IMG/VR virus record: IMGVR_UViG_3300045988_120248
Location: 45,063-109,062 of that record
Source: a virus
Direction: 5' to 3' (one strand)
DNA length: 64,000 nt
The notes under the pieces were generated by a model. It worked only from the letters and a program-made list of their open reading frames with translations. It made no database searches and was not told the origin of the DNA. Numbering within the stretch: the stretch's first letter is position 1; each line of letters starts with the position of its first letter. The translations under genes were made by a program, and so were the position numbers. This document shows, piece by piece, positions 9,187 to 18,935 of this stretch.

Positions 9187-10912
9187 GCTACAGTATTCTT
9201 CTTTTCCGAAGATTTTTGAACGGTTCCGTAAGATGGCGGCTGAAAATCAGGGTATCCCGATGTCCAGTATTACCTCCGCGTTTGCCGGAATCAATTCTGG
9301 CCGCTATGGTCTTGCGAACCCGTACATTCAGAACCGGCGTGTAAAGCAGATTTCATCGCTGCCGGCTGATTTTACAAAAGATCAGGTCGCAGAAATGCTC
9401 ACAAAGCCGTATGACAGCGAACAGCCACTTCGGCAAGTGGCGCATATTCTGGAGTATACGGCGTATCCGCTTTTCCACATTCGAAAAGTCTATCAAGAAA
9501 TGCTGACGTATCATAACTATGTGATGCCGAAGCTGACGGACTCGGCCGACACCAAAAAGGACGAGTTCATGCGCGAATGGAAGCTGCTCGAAAAGCTGCG
9601 CGAGGAATTCAAACCGAAGGAAACTGCGCATCAGATCGTAGGCCAAGTTGGCATAGAAGGGAAGGTCTTCTATTATCCTCGCTACAGCGTAGATAAGAGC
9701 CATAACAAGGTGAACTACGCATTCATGCAGCAGCTTCCCAGTGACTGGACGAAAATCACCGGATACAACAATATTTCCAAGTACACCGTGGCATTTAACA
9801 TGATGTACTTCCTCCAACCGGGCTGCGTACCGGAGCAATACGGTGATCTGTTTACGCCGTACCTTTACGATTTCAGCAGCGTCGTGCAAAAGCCCAAGGG
9901 AACTGGCACTTCGCTGATTTTCGCGCAAAAAACGCGCGTTGATATGCAGCAATTCCAGCGCATCCAAGCGCGCGGCGATATGGCCGGAACCCCAGATGTC
10001 TATTATCAGAATGGGCGCTGGTACTATTGGGTTTACCTACCAGCAGATGCAGTATTTACGTTTGAAGCTGACGATGTAAGTCGGACTGCAATTTCTCCGT
10101 TTGCAGGACTGTTCCTCAACATGATTCAACTTGCTCAGATGGAGCAAATTCAGTTGGAGCTGATTCAAAACCCGTTGGTCAGCCTTCTGCATGGTGAAAT
10201 TCCGTACAGAGATGACAAAAATGCGACGGCAGAAGACCAATACAAACTTAGTAACGCCGGCCGACTCATGTTTGAAGCGATTTGGTATGATATGCTGCAG
10301 GCCAACAACACATCAGGTCTTGGCATTTATATGGCACCTGTGCAGTCAATGAAGCTGGAGACGCTGAGTGAAGCTCCGTCGGCTATGGACATCGTAAAAC
10401 AAGGATATAGTGACACAATCAATCAAGCAGGCCTTGGTGGCCTTATGCCGGTTGATTCCGACGCGAAAGCAGCTACAACACAGATTTCGTTCCAAATTGA
10501 GAGCAAATTCATGAAGACGGTCTACCATGACTATGAGCGAATGATGAACGCAATCATCAAAAAACTCAGCCCTCGGTATGAGTGGAAGTTCGTCATGTTT
10601 GGAGATCTCTCCGAAGACGAAAAAATGCTCGAACGGTGCATGAATGGGATGGAACACGGCATTCTGCCGGATACCATCGTATATAATGCACTGCTTGACC
10701 GATCCATTCTGGACGATATGTGCCTGTCTGACGCGGTATACAACAGCGGCATTTTGGACAAACGTATTCCACTTGTTACAAGCTATAACATGAAGCAAGA
10801 GTCTTCCGGATTGCCACCGCAGTCACCGGGAAGACCAAAGGGTGATGGTAATGTGACAAGCGAGGGAACTGAGTCGATGGTTGATACCTATGGGGATACG
10901 AACCCTATATAA
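9158..10912 (+). CDS. portal protein (positional/size call)
   Basis: 584 aa directly after the terminase module; RBS GGGGAGGA. Confidence 0.65.
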   Translation: MAIETSELNKLQYSSFPKIFERFRKMAAENQGIPMSSITSAFAGINSGRYGLANPYIQNRRVKQISSLPADFTKDQVAEMLTKPYDSEQPLRQVAHILEYTAYPLFHIRKVYQEMLTYHNYVMPKLTDSADTKKDEFMREWKLLEKLREEFKPKETAHQIVGQVGIEGKVFYYPRYSVDKSHNKVNYAFMQQLPSDWTKITGYNNISKYTVAFNMMYFLQPGCVPEQYGDLFTPYLYDFSSVVQKPKGTGTSLIFAQKTRVDMQQFQRIQARGDMAGTPDVYYQNGRWYYWVYLPADAVFTFEADDVSRTAISPFAGLFLNMIQLAQMEQIQLELIQNPLVSLLHGEIPYRDDKNATAEDQYKLSNAGRLMFEAIWYDMLQANNTSGLGIYMAPVQSMKLETLSEAPSAMDIVKQGYSDTINQAGLGGLMPVDSDAKAATTQISFQIESKFMKTVYHDYERMMNAIIKKLSPRYEWKFVMFGDLSEDEKMLERCMNGMEHGILPDTIVYNALLDRSILDDMCLSDAVYNSGILDKRIPLVTSYNMKQESSGLPPQSPGRPKGDGNVTSEGTESMVDTYGDTNPI

Positions 10913-11011
10913 GCAATGAAACACTGGGGATAGGGTAGCTCCTGAAAAGCGGTTCCCTTACCGCCTTCCCCTGTTTTTCAATAAGGGAATTACTGAAGGG
11001 AGTAATTGAAC

Positions 11012-11890
11012 ATGCCGAGGTTCCAAGACCTTACTGGAGTGAAATTTGGCCGCCTGACGGTTATTGAACAGGCCGGGCGTGACAAAAATAGATCAATTAA
11101 ATGGAAATGCAGATGTGAGTGTGGGAATTATACAACAGTCCTTGGAGGAAACTTACGAAAAGGGACTAGCAGAAGCTGCGGATGCCTTGCAAAAGAAATT
11201 GCAAGAGAAAGAGACAGTGCGGAAAATTTGACCGGCAGAACCTTTGGTCGGCTTACTGTCCTGTATCGTGTGGAAAATGATAGTAGTGGGAAGCCGAAGT
11301 GGCTGTGCAAATGTGAATGCGGAAATATGAAAGCTGCGTCAGCGAAACATCTCAAACACGGAGACGTAAAGAGTTGCGGCTGTCTTCCGAAAGAACACGC
11401 AAAAACACTGCATAAAATCAACGAAACACATGGAAAGAGTAACACTCGTTTATATCAGGTCTGGGAAGGTATGAAACAACGATGCAGACCAACATCTAAA
11501 AATTACGGCGCTCGTGGCATAAAAATGTGCAAAGAATGGGAAAACTTTGAACCGTTCTTTGAGTGGGCAATGTCAAACGGCTATGATCCTGGCGCAAAGC
11601 GGCTCCAATGTACACTTGACCGAATCGACGTAAACGGTGATTACTGCCCAGAAAACTGTAGATGGATTGACAACCTATCACAGCAAAACAATCGTCAAGA
11701 TAATCACAAAATTACGTTTAATGGGGAAACACACACGCTTGCGGAATGGTCAAGGATACTCAATATGAAGTATGAAACACTTATAGCCAGAATCGAAAGA
11801 TATGGCTGGAGCGTGGAAAAAGCGCTGTCCATACCAACTGTTTCACCACATGACAAGCGACGATGCGCACATGGAGGTACAAATGATTGA
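11012..11890 (+). CDS. free-standing DNA-binding / homing-endonuclease-like protein
   Basis: Two GRLTV...KW.C.CECGN...SCGC repeats, then a Y..W..M..RC ... YGARGI..C.EW motif. Sits alone between portal and head genes with noncoding flanks. Confidence 0.4.
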   Translation: MPRFQDLTGVKFGRLTVIEQAGRDKNRSIKWKCRCECGNYTTVLGGNLRKGTSRSCGCLAKEIARERDSAENLTGRTFGRLTVLYRVENDSSGKPKWLCKCECGNMKAASAKHLKHGDVKSCGCLPKEHAKTLHKINETHGKSNTRLYQVWEGMKQRCRPTSKNYGARGIKMCKEWENFEPFFEWAMSNGYDPGAKRLQCTLDRIDVNGDYCPENCRWIDNLSQQNNRQDNHKITFNGETHTLAEWSRILNMKYETLIARIERYGWSVEKALSIPTVSPHDKRRCAHGGTND

Positions 11891-12047
11891 TTATGTCAAA
11901 AAAGAAGACCTCCACATTATCAACAGGGCGCTTAATAATGGCAGTGATGTGAAGATTCAGCTCACAAAAGACGGATACCGTATCACGGAAGATACCATGA
12001 AAGTCCTGAAACGAGTGGCAATTAGTCAGGAAAAAATGGAAAAATAA
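11883..12047 (+). CDS. hypothetical small protein (54 aa)
   Basis: ORF 11802..12047 trimmed to ATG 11883 after GGAGG; ATGA overlap with the previous stop. Confidence 0.4.
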   Translation: MIDYVKKEDLHIINRALNNGSDVKIQLTKDGYRITEDTMKVLKRVAISQEKMEK

Positions 12048-12054
12048 AAAATTG

Positions 12055-12136
12055 GACCTGCGCCGAAAGAGCGGTGCAGAAGAGCCGAAGAGGGCTACCG
12101 ACACAGTGAAATGTGCCGGTAGCCCTCTTTTATTTT
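12055..12136 (+). promoter_or_regulatory. conserved hairpin + intrinsic terminator element, copy A
   Basis: 7-bp stem 12058-12064/12073-12079 with loop GAAAGAGC, linker AAGAGCCGAAGAGGGCT, then a 15-bp terminator stem and TTTTATTTT. Homologous to 26733-26812 and 41305-41394. Confidence 0.55.
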
Positions 12137-12156
12137 GCAAGGAAGGAGACAACGAA

Positions 12157-12690
12157 ATGGCTCGACTGAAAGAACGGTTTGACTTCGAGAACGGTGCGCT
12201 TGCCGCTGTGCGAGATGCTGCGAAGGATGTAACCGGCGCGTATCAAGATGCTGCGCGTGGACTGGATACGCTGAAAGAATGGGTTCTGATTGAATTTGGA
12301 ATGCCGAATACGGCCAATGCCATCCACAAACTGGCTCATCTTCAGCCCCAGAGATTCGATGTAGTCGGAGATCTGCTGCATCAGCGGCATATCCTGCAAA
12401 TCTACCCGGCAACTGCGGAGTACGAAGGACGGCCTGACAATCTGGATGGTGTGTTTGAGTCCATCATTGACATGCTCCAGAAAGTCGAAGATGCGCTTCA
12501 CAAATGTGTCGAGATCTGCGATAAAAACGGTCTTTATCCGCTTGGACGCGGATTTGAAAACCTTCAAATGGAAAACAGCGCAAGCTACGAGAAGTTCATG
12601 TATGCGTGGCAGATGTACTCCGAACACGAGATGAGCGCGACCAGTTTTGACGGCTGGATTGAAGAACTCTTCGAGGAAGAGGGTGACTGA
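12157..12690 (+). CDS. hypothetical head-module protein
   Basis: ORF 12052..12690 trimmed to ATG 12157 after GGAAGGAG; the upstream part is the RNA element. Confidence 0.5.
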   Translation: MARLKERFDFENGALAAVRDAAKDVTGAYQDAARGLDTLKEWVLIEFGMPNTANAIHKLAHLQPQRFDVVGDLLHQRHILQIYPATAEYEGRPDNLDGVFESIIDMLQKVEDALHKCVEICDKNGLYPLGRGFENLQMENSASYEKFMYAWQMYSEHEMSATSFDGWIEELFEEEGD

Positions 12691-12692
12691 CA

Positions 12693-14099
12693 ATGCCGCT
12701 GACGAAAATCAAAAGACCAGTTGCAACCGGTCAACTCAAGGTGCTTCAAAAGCTGAATCCGTATGAGTTTGGCGTTGAACTGTGGTTGATGCGTGAAGGG
12801 GTCAACCAGAACCGGTGGAATTATCAGAACTTGGAGAAATACTACAAGACGTTCGTGGGACGGCCAATTCTGATTGCCTACGTCATGGGGAAAATCGGCG
12901 ACGGTCACAACAGCCAACGCAAAACTGACCCAAGAACAGGTGAACAGTATAACTCCTATACGGATGGGACGGCGGAACGCATTGTTGGAACGCTGTCAGA
13001 TGATGAACGTGATTTCTCCCTCCAAAAGAGGGATGGTCAGACTTGGATTGTGGCGCGTGGAAAACTCTTCGCTTTCTATGCAAAGGAAACCGTAGATGAA
13101 ATCGTGCGAACAGGGCGCATGGATGTGTCTGTGGAAACCTTGATAGACGAAAACCACATGGACGGAGATGTCGAAGTTGAGGATGTCTGGTCTGGGGTTG
13201 GCGTCACGATCTTAGGAGCGGGCGTTGCTCCGGCTATTCCGGGGGCCAACATCGCTCGACTTGCCGCATTGGATGAAGAATTTAAAACATTGAAACTCAA
13301 AGCGGCATCTTTGCAGAAGGCCCCGGATAAGAACAATGCCCCGGATAACGGGAGTCTATCACACAAAGGAGTGAAAGATTTGAAAACTTATAACAAAAGA
13401 CAGCTTGCTGAACTGGCAGCGCGTTTTACGGATTATAAGGTTCTGGCGGCGGGCGAGAAGGACGGGAAAGTCTATGTTTGCCTGATGGCGAAGAATGGCG
13501 CGTACAAGTACTACGTCATTGAGAATTCCGCAGAAACCATTGTACCTGAACGTTTCCAGAGCATGTCTGTCAATGCGTCCATGCAGGTGGGCGAAGACTG
13601 CATCACCATGGAGGCACAGGACTTCGTGGATATGGTCGTCGTGGAAAACACAGACCGTCTGAATGCAGCCGAAAGCAAGGTTAATTCTCTGAACAAGGAA
13701 CTTGAAACTGCAAATGCACAGCTCGATGCCATGCGTGAGTTTGAAAACAAGCGTCGGCTGAATGCTGCCAAGGACAAGGCAAAGGCAACTCTCGCAAAGT
13801 TCAATGCGAACCGTGAGCAGAAGGTTGCTGAAAGTGCCATCGACAACATTCTGACCGATATCGAAGCTGGCCTCTACACGAACAGCTGCGACAAGGACAA
13901 GAACTGGACTGGCGAAACCGAGGTTGCGAAGGCCGTCTACGCGGTTTGCGGTGCAGCTGTCGAGAAGATGGATGCGGAAGCCGCTCAGAGAAACAGAACA
14001 GTTTACGCATGGGACAAGTTCAAGAACAACAGCGGCGAAGACGATGGTTCCATCAATGGGCTGCTTGCCAAGTGGGGCGTCGAAGCTGCATCGAAGTAA
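12693..14099 (+). CDS. head scaffolding / maturation protein candidate
   Basis: 468 aa; Ala/Lys/Glu-rich coiled-coil C-terminal third; position before the capsid gene. No protease catalytic residues verified. Confidence 0.45.
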   Translation: MPLTKIKRPVATGQLKVLQKLNPYEFGVELWLMREGVNQNRWNYQNLEKYYKTFVGRPILIAYVMGKIGDGHNSQRKTDPRTGEQYNSYTDGTAERIVGTLSDDERDFSLQKRDGQTWIVARGKLFAFYAKETVDEIVRTGRMDVSVETLIDENHMDGDVEVEDVWSGVGVTILGAGVAPAIPGANIARLAALDEEFKTLKLKAASLQKAPDKNNAPDNGSLSHKGVKDLKTYNKRQLAELAARFTDYKVLAAGEKDGKVYVCLMAKNGAYKYYVIENSAETIVPERFQSMSVNASMQVGEDCITMEAQDFVDMVVVENTDRLNAAESKVNSLNKELETANAQLDAMREFENKRRLNAAKDKAKATLAKFNANREQKVAESAIDNILTDIEAGLYTNSCDKDKNWTGETEVAKAVYAVCGAAVEKMDAEAAQRNRTVYAWDKFKNNSGEDDGSINGLLAKWGVEAASK

Positions 14100-14116
14100 G
14101 AGAGGAGTGAACAGAA

Positions 14117-14698
14117 ATGTTTAATGCAAAAACTGCATTTGAGGCCCGCGTGACGAACAACTCCCGCAATGACCTCATCAATGTTACCGGCAGATATCAG
14201 GCGTCCAGCGCGGATGCAGACTGTGATGCCGGCCGTCTGGTCATCCGAAATGGCCAGCTTCCGTGCGCCGGTTTTACCGGAGTGAAGAATGAGAATGCGT
14301 GGTACATGAACGACGCTACTTCCACCACTACAGCTGGTGATGTGGTATATGCCGCGAATACCTACGAAATCCAGCTTCTTCAGGGTAAGCATGGCAACAT
14401 GTATGCCGTTGGCACGGAAACACTTGGCCTTGGCATTCCTGCCGGCCGCGACGGTACGTTTACCAAGATCGTCTTCGACGGCGACCATGCGTACCGCTTC
14501 GGCATTGGCAACGTCAATGCCGCACTGAGCACCAATCAATTCTTCACCATTGATGCAGGCCAGTTGAAGCCCGCAGCTTCCGCCCCGACCGGCAATGGTG
14601 CGCTGTACTTCAAACTGCTTGGAACTGGCAACTTCACCGAAGGAACCACTTCCAGCTTCGAGTACGTTGACGTGCAGGCCTTCACGGTCTACGCATAA
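14117..14698 (+). CDS. hypothetical head protein (193 aa)
   Basis: ORF track, RBS GAGGAG; between scaffold candidate and capsid gene. Confidence 0.5.
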   Translation: MFNAKTAFEARVTNNSRNDLINVTGRYQASSADADCDAGRLVIRNGQLPCAGFTGVKNENAWYMNDATSTTTAGDVVYAANTYEIQLLQGKHGNMYAVGTETLGLGIPAGRDGTFTKIVFDGDHAYRFGIGNVNAALSTNQFFTIDAGQLKPAASAPTGNGALYFKLLGTGNFTEGTTSSFEYVDVQAFTVYA

Positions 14699-14715
14699 GG
14701 AAGGAGTGAATATCA

Positions 14716-15945
14716 ATGCCGAGAATCAATCTTAACAGCGTTTCTGCTGATGTTTTCCGCGTGAATGCTTCCACTGGAGAAGCCCAGCGTGCGGATATCG
14801 TCTCCAAGGGCCGTGTCCTCTTCTATGAGCACGCTCTTACGGGCAAGGAAGCGATGCTGGCCGTCAACGGCCTTCAGTCCACTGGCATTTCCCATATGCT
14901 GTCCGCGAACGGCTACAAGGATCTGAACGAGAAATTCCAGCGCGAACAGCTTATGTATGCGGCAAAGATTTGCTGCGCACAGACTGGTGAGACTGCTCCT
15001 GCGGACTTTGAGTCCTTCAAGAGAAACGGTCAGCTCTTTTATGGCAATGCCGCTTTCTATCGTGTCCTTCAGGGCATTTGGCAGGAAGTCGTTTATCCGA
15101 TTCTTCCCAATGTATTCTCCGAAGCCGTCGATTTCTTTGCAGAAACCGTTCAGGTCGGCTTTGGCGAGACTCATACAATCTCCATCGGATCTAACGACAT
15201 TCCCATCTTCCAGGATTCTTCTTGGGGTGCATCCAGAAGCGTTCCTCGCAACCGCTTCTACAGCAAGGATTACACGCTGAATCCGCAGCCGAAGACCGCT
15301 CAGATCACCGCAAAGTGGCATCAACTTGTCGGTAACAACACCGACTTCGGCGCGTTCTTTGCGAACCTCGTTGCTGGCATGTATGCGAAGGTTATGGGCA
15401 TGTGGAACCAGTCTATGACTCTGGCTGCGGCCGACACTACGCTCATCCCCACGAACCTGAACCAGACGTTCACCAACCAGAACTGGATTTCTCTGGCGAA
15501 CAAGCTGTCTACCGTCAACAACGTCGGTCTGCGCACCATCATCGCTACCGGTTCTCCGGTCGCTCTGAGCAAGGTTCTGCCGACGCAGGCTACCGGCTCC
15601 ACCAACGTCAACATGGACGCCGCTCTTGCGATGCTCCTCGGCACTCAGTACAACAGCACCGGTATGCTGGGTGAGTTCCTTGGCGTTCGCCTGATGCCGC
15701 TCCGTGACGCTGCGAGCCCGTTGAAGCTGAACACCGAGCCGACGACCATCCTGTCTGCAAACGACATTTGGATGCTGTCTGCTGCCGGCCGTAAGCCTCT
15801 GACCATTGCTTACAACGCCGAAACGCCCATTACCATCGAAATCGACCCGACTCGCACGGCCGACTTCGAGATGGGCATCAACCTCACGACCGCTCTTGAT
15901 TCGGTTGCAACGTTCTCCAGTAAGGTCGGACACGTGACTGTTTGA
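14716..15945 (+). CDS. major capsid protein (positional/size call)
   Basis: 409 aa, strong RBS AAGGAG, high-GC codon usage, followed by a stable stem-loop. Confidence 0.6.
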   Translation: MPRINLNSVSADVFRVNASTGEAQRADIVSKGRVLFYEHALTGKEAMLAVNGLQSTGISHMLSANGYKDLNEKFQREQLMYAAKICCAQTGETAPADFESFKRNGQLFYGNAAFYRVLQGIWQEVVYPILPNVFSEAVDFFAETVQVGFGETHTISIGSNDIPIFQDSSWGASRSVPRNRFYSKDYTLNPQPKTAQITAKWHQLVGNNTDFGAFFANLVAGMYAKVMGMWNQSMTLAAADTTLIPTNLNQTFTNQNWISLANKLSTVNNVGLRTIIATGSPVALSKVLPTQATGSTNVNMDAALAMLLGTQYNSTGMLGEFLGVRLMPLRDAASPLKLNTEPTTILSANDIWMLSAAGRKPLTIAYNAETPITIEIDPTRTADFEMGINLTTALDSVATFSSKVGHVTV

Positions 15946-15954
15946 CCTCTCCTC

Positions 15955-15986
15955 GCGGGGCGGGTTTTACCTCCAGCCCGTCCCGC
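15955..15986 (+). other. GC-rich stem-loop just after the capsid gene
   Basis: gcggggcggg / cccgtcccgc 10-bp stem (one G-U) with a 12-nt loop; no U tract. Confidence 0.4.
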
Positions 15987-16087
15987 ACCATATGGCTCTG
16001 CATGGTGCTGCGAGAGACGGTTCGAGTCCGGACGGAGCCAACATACGTGGAGGAAAATAGCCATTAAATCTGGAAGGAGTGTGCGAC

Positions 16088-16984
16088 ATGGCTGAAAACA
16101 AGAACACTGGAAAGAAACCCGGAAGACCGAAGAAAACGCCTGTGGCGGAGGAAGTCAAGGAAGAAGATGTTTTCTTTGATGTTCCGGAAGAAGATCATAC
16201 CGCGAATACTGCTGAAAAGGCAGAAACGGGCAAAGAAAATATCCTGTCTGTCAATGCAGATGATGTGACAGGAATCCGATACGACGGAAGCGAAGTCCCG
16301 CTGACGGAAGTTGCGCCTGAATTGGCGGGTGAAACCGTTGAAGTTCACAAGGAAACGAACAATCAGGCAGAACCGACGTTCACGATGGCAGATGTGCAGA
16401 AGATGGTAGCCGATGCGGTTGCCAAGGCGGTTGCAAATGTACAGCCGCAGACACCTGTGACTCCGCAGATTATTCAGGTAGCAAATGACTCCGAAATGGT
16501 GCATTTCCTCTGGGAAGCTCCTGTTGCGGACGATAACGTCGTATTCTTCGGAGAAGGCGGCATCTTCGGTCAGATCGTAGGCAAGAGTGGGAGTTTCTAT
16601 GTGCCGCACCGTGATCTCTCCCGCGTTCTGACGGACGTGAACCGTGTCTTTATGGCGCGCAGATGGCTGATCGTTGTGTCCGGACTGAGTGACGATGAGC
16701 GCGAGGCACTTGGCGTCAACTATAAGGATGGCGAAATCCTTGACAAGAGAGTATTCGCAAGGATGGCGGAATACAGCGATGAAATGCTGTCGCTTTACCC
16801 GAAGCTTTGCGAAGGCCACAAGAAGATGGTCGCGCAGACCTATGCGGAAGAATACGCGCTGGGCAATCCCAACATCACGCGAGAAATCGTCGTAAAACTG
16901 AACGAAATGAGCAAGACCCCGAAGAACCAGAGGGGTGACTTCATCTCCATTATCGAAGAAATGAACGCGCGGGACGCGCAGTAA
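16088..16984 (+). CDS. hypothetical structural-module protein
   Basis: ORF 16079..16984 trimmed to ATG 16088 after GGAAGGAG; basic GRPKK N-terminus. Confidence 0.5.
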   Translation: MAENKNTGKKPGRPKKTPVAEEVKEEDVFFDVPEEDHTANTAEKAETGKENILSVNADDVTGIRYDGSEVPLTEVAPELAGETVEVHKETNNQAEPTFTMADVQKMVADAVAKAVANVQPQTPVTPQIIQVANDSEMVHFLWEAPVADDNVVFFGEGGIFGQIVGKSGSFYVPHRDLSRVLTDVNRVFMARRWLIVVSGLSDDEREALGVNYKDGEILDKRVFARMAEYSDEMLSLYPKLCEGHKKMVAQTYAEEYALGNPNITREIVVKLNEMSKTPKNQRGDFISIIEEMNARDAQ

Positions 16985-17025
16985 ACATTGCGCCGCAAGC
17001 GGGCGCAGGAAAGAGGTATTGAAAC

Positions 17026-18021
17026 ATGAGTAGTCCTGTCTATAGTGAGTTTTCCTTTGCGCCTGCGTCCGCATACGCGGCAAGCAAAAACGTTCTGCCG
17101 ACGATTCGGACGGCAGTTGAAACCAACTTCAGCGACCATCTTTGGAATGGTTCGGAAGCGGAAATCCTCGGCGTCGAGATGACAGCCGCCGCATCTTTCA
17201 CGGTGAAACTGAACCGCGAAACGCAGCTGACAGCAAAGCCGGAAGGCGATGTATTTACTGTCCGGTATTATGGCCCGATTGAATATATCGTATTCAGTGC
17301 AGCTACAACACTTACCTATATGCACGTCAGATGGGCGGCGCAGAACAGGGTGCATGGAGTTGTTACGCTTACCGCTGTCACCGGCGCAAAAGTATCTCGT
17401 GGCGGTTATACAGTTCCAGAATCCGATGCTGGAAAGTATGAGCTGCAAGTCGGGGGCTATATCGTTACGGCAAACGGAGTAAACAGCGGATTCTTCTATA
17501 ATCTCGAAAATGCAGTTACGGTCAAGACCAGCATTGAGAGCGCAACTATTGTGGTGAGCGCGGCGCTTACCTATACGGGAAGCGAACAAACCAAAACGGT
17601 TACAAGCGTGACGCTCGGTGGAACAGAGCTTACGGCTGAAACGGATTACACCGTATCGGACAACAAAGGTACGAACGCCGGAGCATATTCCCTCCGAATT
17701 GACGGAATCGGAAACTATAAGGGAACCATCATTGTTCCGTGGACGATTGCAAAGGCCAGTGCTGGATTGAGCGTCAGTCCAGAAGCAATCGAAATGTCCG
17801 CTGGTGCAACCGAAACATTTACGATTACGACTGCATCAAATAGTCAGCTTACCATCGAAAACAGCAACCCTTCTGCGGTAGCAATCAGCCCAGTTGTGAA
17901 CAATACCACCGTCACCATAGAGGGACTGAATGCAGGTGATGCGGTTCTGTCTATCGTGCAGGAAGAAAACGACAACTATCTGGCAGGACAGGCGCAATGC
18001 ACTGTTACTGTCAAGGCTTAA
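17026..18021 (+). CDS. Ig-like domain-containing virion protein
   Basis: C-terminal half shows Big_2-type repeats (LSVSPEAIEMSAGATETFTI...AVLSIVQ...CTVTVKA). Confidence 0.5.
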   Translation: MSSPVYSEFSFAPASAYAASKNVLPTIRTAVETNFSDHLWNGSEAEILGVEMTAAASFTVKLNRETQLTAKPEGDVFTVRYYGPIEYIVFSAATTLTYMHVRWAAQNRVHGVVTLTAVTGAKVSRGGYTVPESDAGKYELQVGGYIVTANGVNSGFFYNLENAVTVKTSIESATIVVSAALTYTGSEQTKTVTSVTLGGTELTAETDYTVSDNKGTNAGAYSLRIDGIGNYKGTIIVPWTIAKASAGLSVSPEAIEMSAGATETFTITTASNSQLTIENSNPSAVAISPVVNNTTVTIEGLNAGDAVLSIVQEENDNYLAGQAQCTVTVKA

Positions 18022-18045
18022 TATAGGAAAGGCGGCGGTCGAACC

Positions 18046-18195
18046 ATGGACAGCAAGGAAAGAATTGAGGCTCTATGCGGCATCATCGAATCTCTTCTGC
18101 TTCTGATTGAGGATGAGGCTGCCGCCGATTGTATCCGGGAGGAATACCAAAATACTATGAACGATTCTTCCTATGAAAAGGAGGAATGGGACTAA
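18046..18195 (+). CDS. hypothetical small protein (49 aa)
   Basis: ATG 18046 to TAA 18193-18195, fills the gap between genes; below the ORF-track cutoff; weak RBS. Confidence 0.3.
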   Translation: MDSKERIEALCGIIESLLLLIEDEAAADCIREEYQNTMNDSSYEKEEWD

Positions 18196-18908
18196 TGGGA
18201 ACCTCTTGGAGCGATATCATTACAAATCACGCCATGGTTATTATCGGCGATGACCGAATGACAGATGACCTGAGAACAGACGCAGCACTGTTTTTCCGAC
18301 GTATGAGCGCATGGGTGAAAATGGCAATCCCTATGTTGAAAAGCCCGCCCGAACTGCTTGTGTTCCTGACAGAAGGACTTGAAGAACCACAGTATTCCGA
18401 TTTCGATTGGACAAGCGAACAGAACAGTACAACGCAGGAAACAACGATTCAGACAGGAAAAGTTGGATATGAACTTTGCAGCTGCGTAAGTGTGCAGTAC
18501 GCACGAAACGGGGATGCTTCATTTGTTCCATATACAGATTTTACCTACGACTCCGAAACGGGAAATGTAACATTTCCACAGCAGGACAACGCAGGTATCG
18601 AATATCGTTTAGACTTCTATACAGACGGCCATTTTTATCACGAACTTACGCTCAAACAGAAACGTCTATTGGGATTGGCCGTCGCGGTGACATGGGATAA
18701 CCGCTTTAACCGTGAATGGCTGAACATCCAGCCGAAAATAAAGGACAAGAGTTTTAATACACCGAACGAAAACACCACTATGAAGGAATCGACGGCTCGG
18801 TACAAGGAAAATTTGCAGTTATTCTACGATGAACTGCGTGGATATGAGCAGGAATGCGCGTATATGCGCCAGGTAAATCCAATGCGGCGTGTGTTCACGC
18901 TGCTCTAA
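18195..18908 (+). CDS. hypothetical head-tail joining module protein
   Basis: ORF 18186..18908 trimmed to ATG 18195 (9 nt after AAGGAGGA). Confidence 0.5.
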   Translation: MGTSWSDIITNHAMVIIGDDRMTDDLRTDAALFFRRMSAWVKMAIPMLKSPPELLVFLTEGLEEPQYSDFDWTSEQNSTTQETTIQTGKVGYELCSCVSVQYARNGDASFVPYTDFTYDSETGNVTFPQQDNAGIEYRLDFYTDGHFYHELTLKQKRLLGLAVAVTWDNRFNREWLNIQPKIKDKSFNTPNENTTMKESTARYKENLQLFYDELRGYEQECAYMRQVNPMRRVFTLL

Positions 18909-18935
18909 GAAGCATTCGAAAGGGGGCTGGACAGC

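Noticed and set aside
12058-12100. Reading the conserved element A/B/C as a shared peptide (KSGAEEPKRA / KSGTEEPERV)
   Set aside because: Copy C has a stop codon immediately before it, copy B has no in-frame start, and the stem shows compensatory base-pair changes. Conservation at the RNA level explains it better
14713-15933. 406-aa ORF on the - strand, with similar long antisense ORFs at 27418..28863, 21213..22532, 16064..17083, 29984..30976 and 4289..5092
   Set aside because: They lie exactly opposite high-GC structural genes with good RBSs. Their products are Arg/Ser/Gly-rich and low in complexity. These are typical shadow ORFs
15994-16040. tRNA-like minihelix after the capsid gene (GGCTCTG...GGTTCGAGTCC...CGGAGCCA)
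   Set aside because: The acceptor-like 7-bp pairing is there, but the T stem has only 3 bp. There are no D or anticodon arms and no CCA. It is too weak to call and is probably part of the post-capsid structured region
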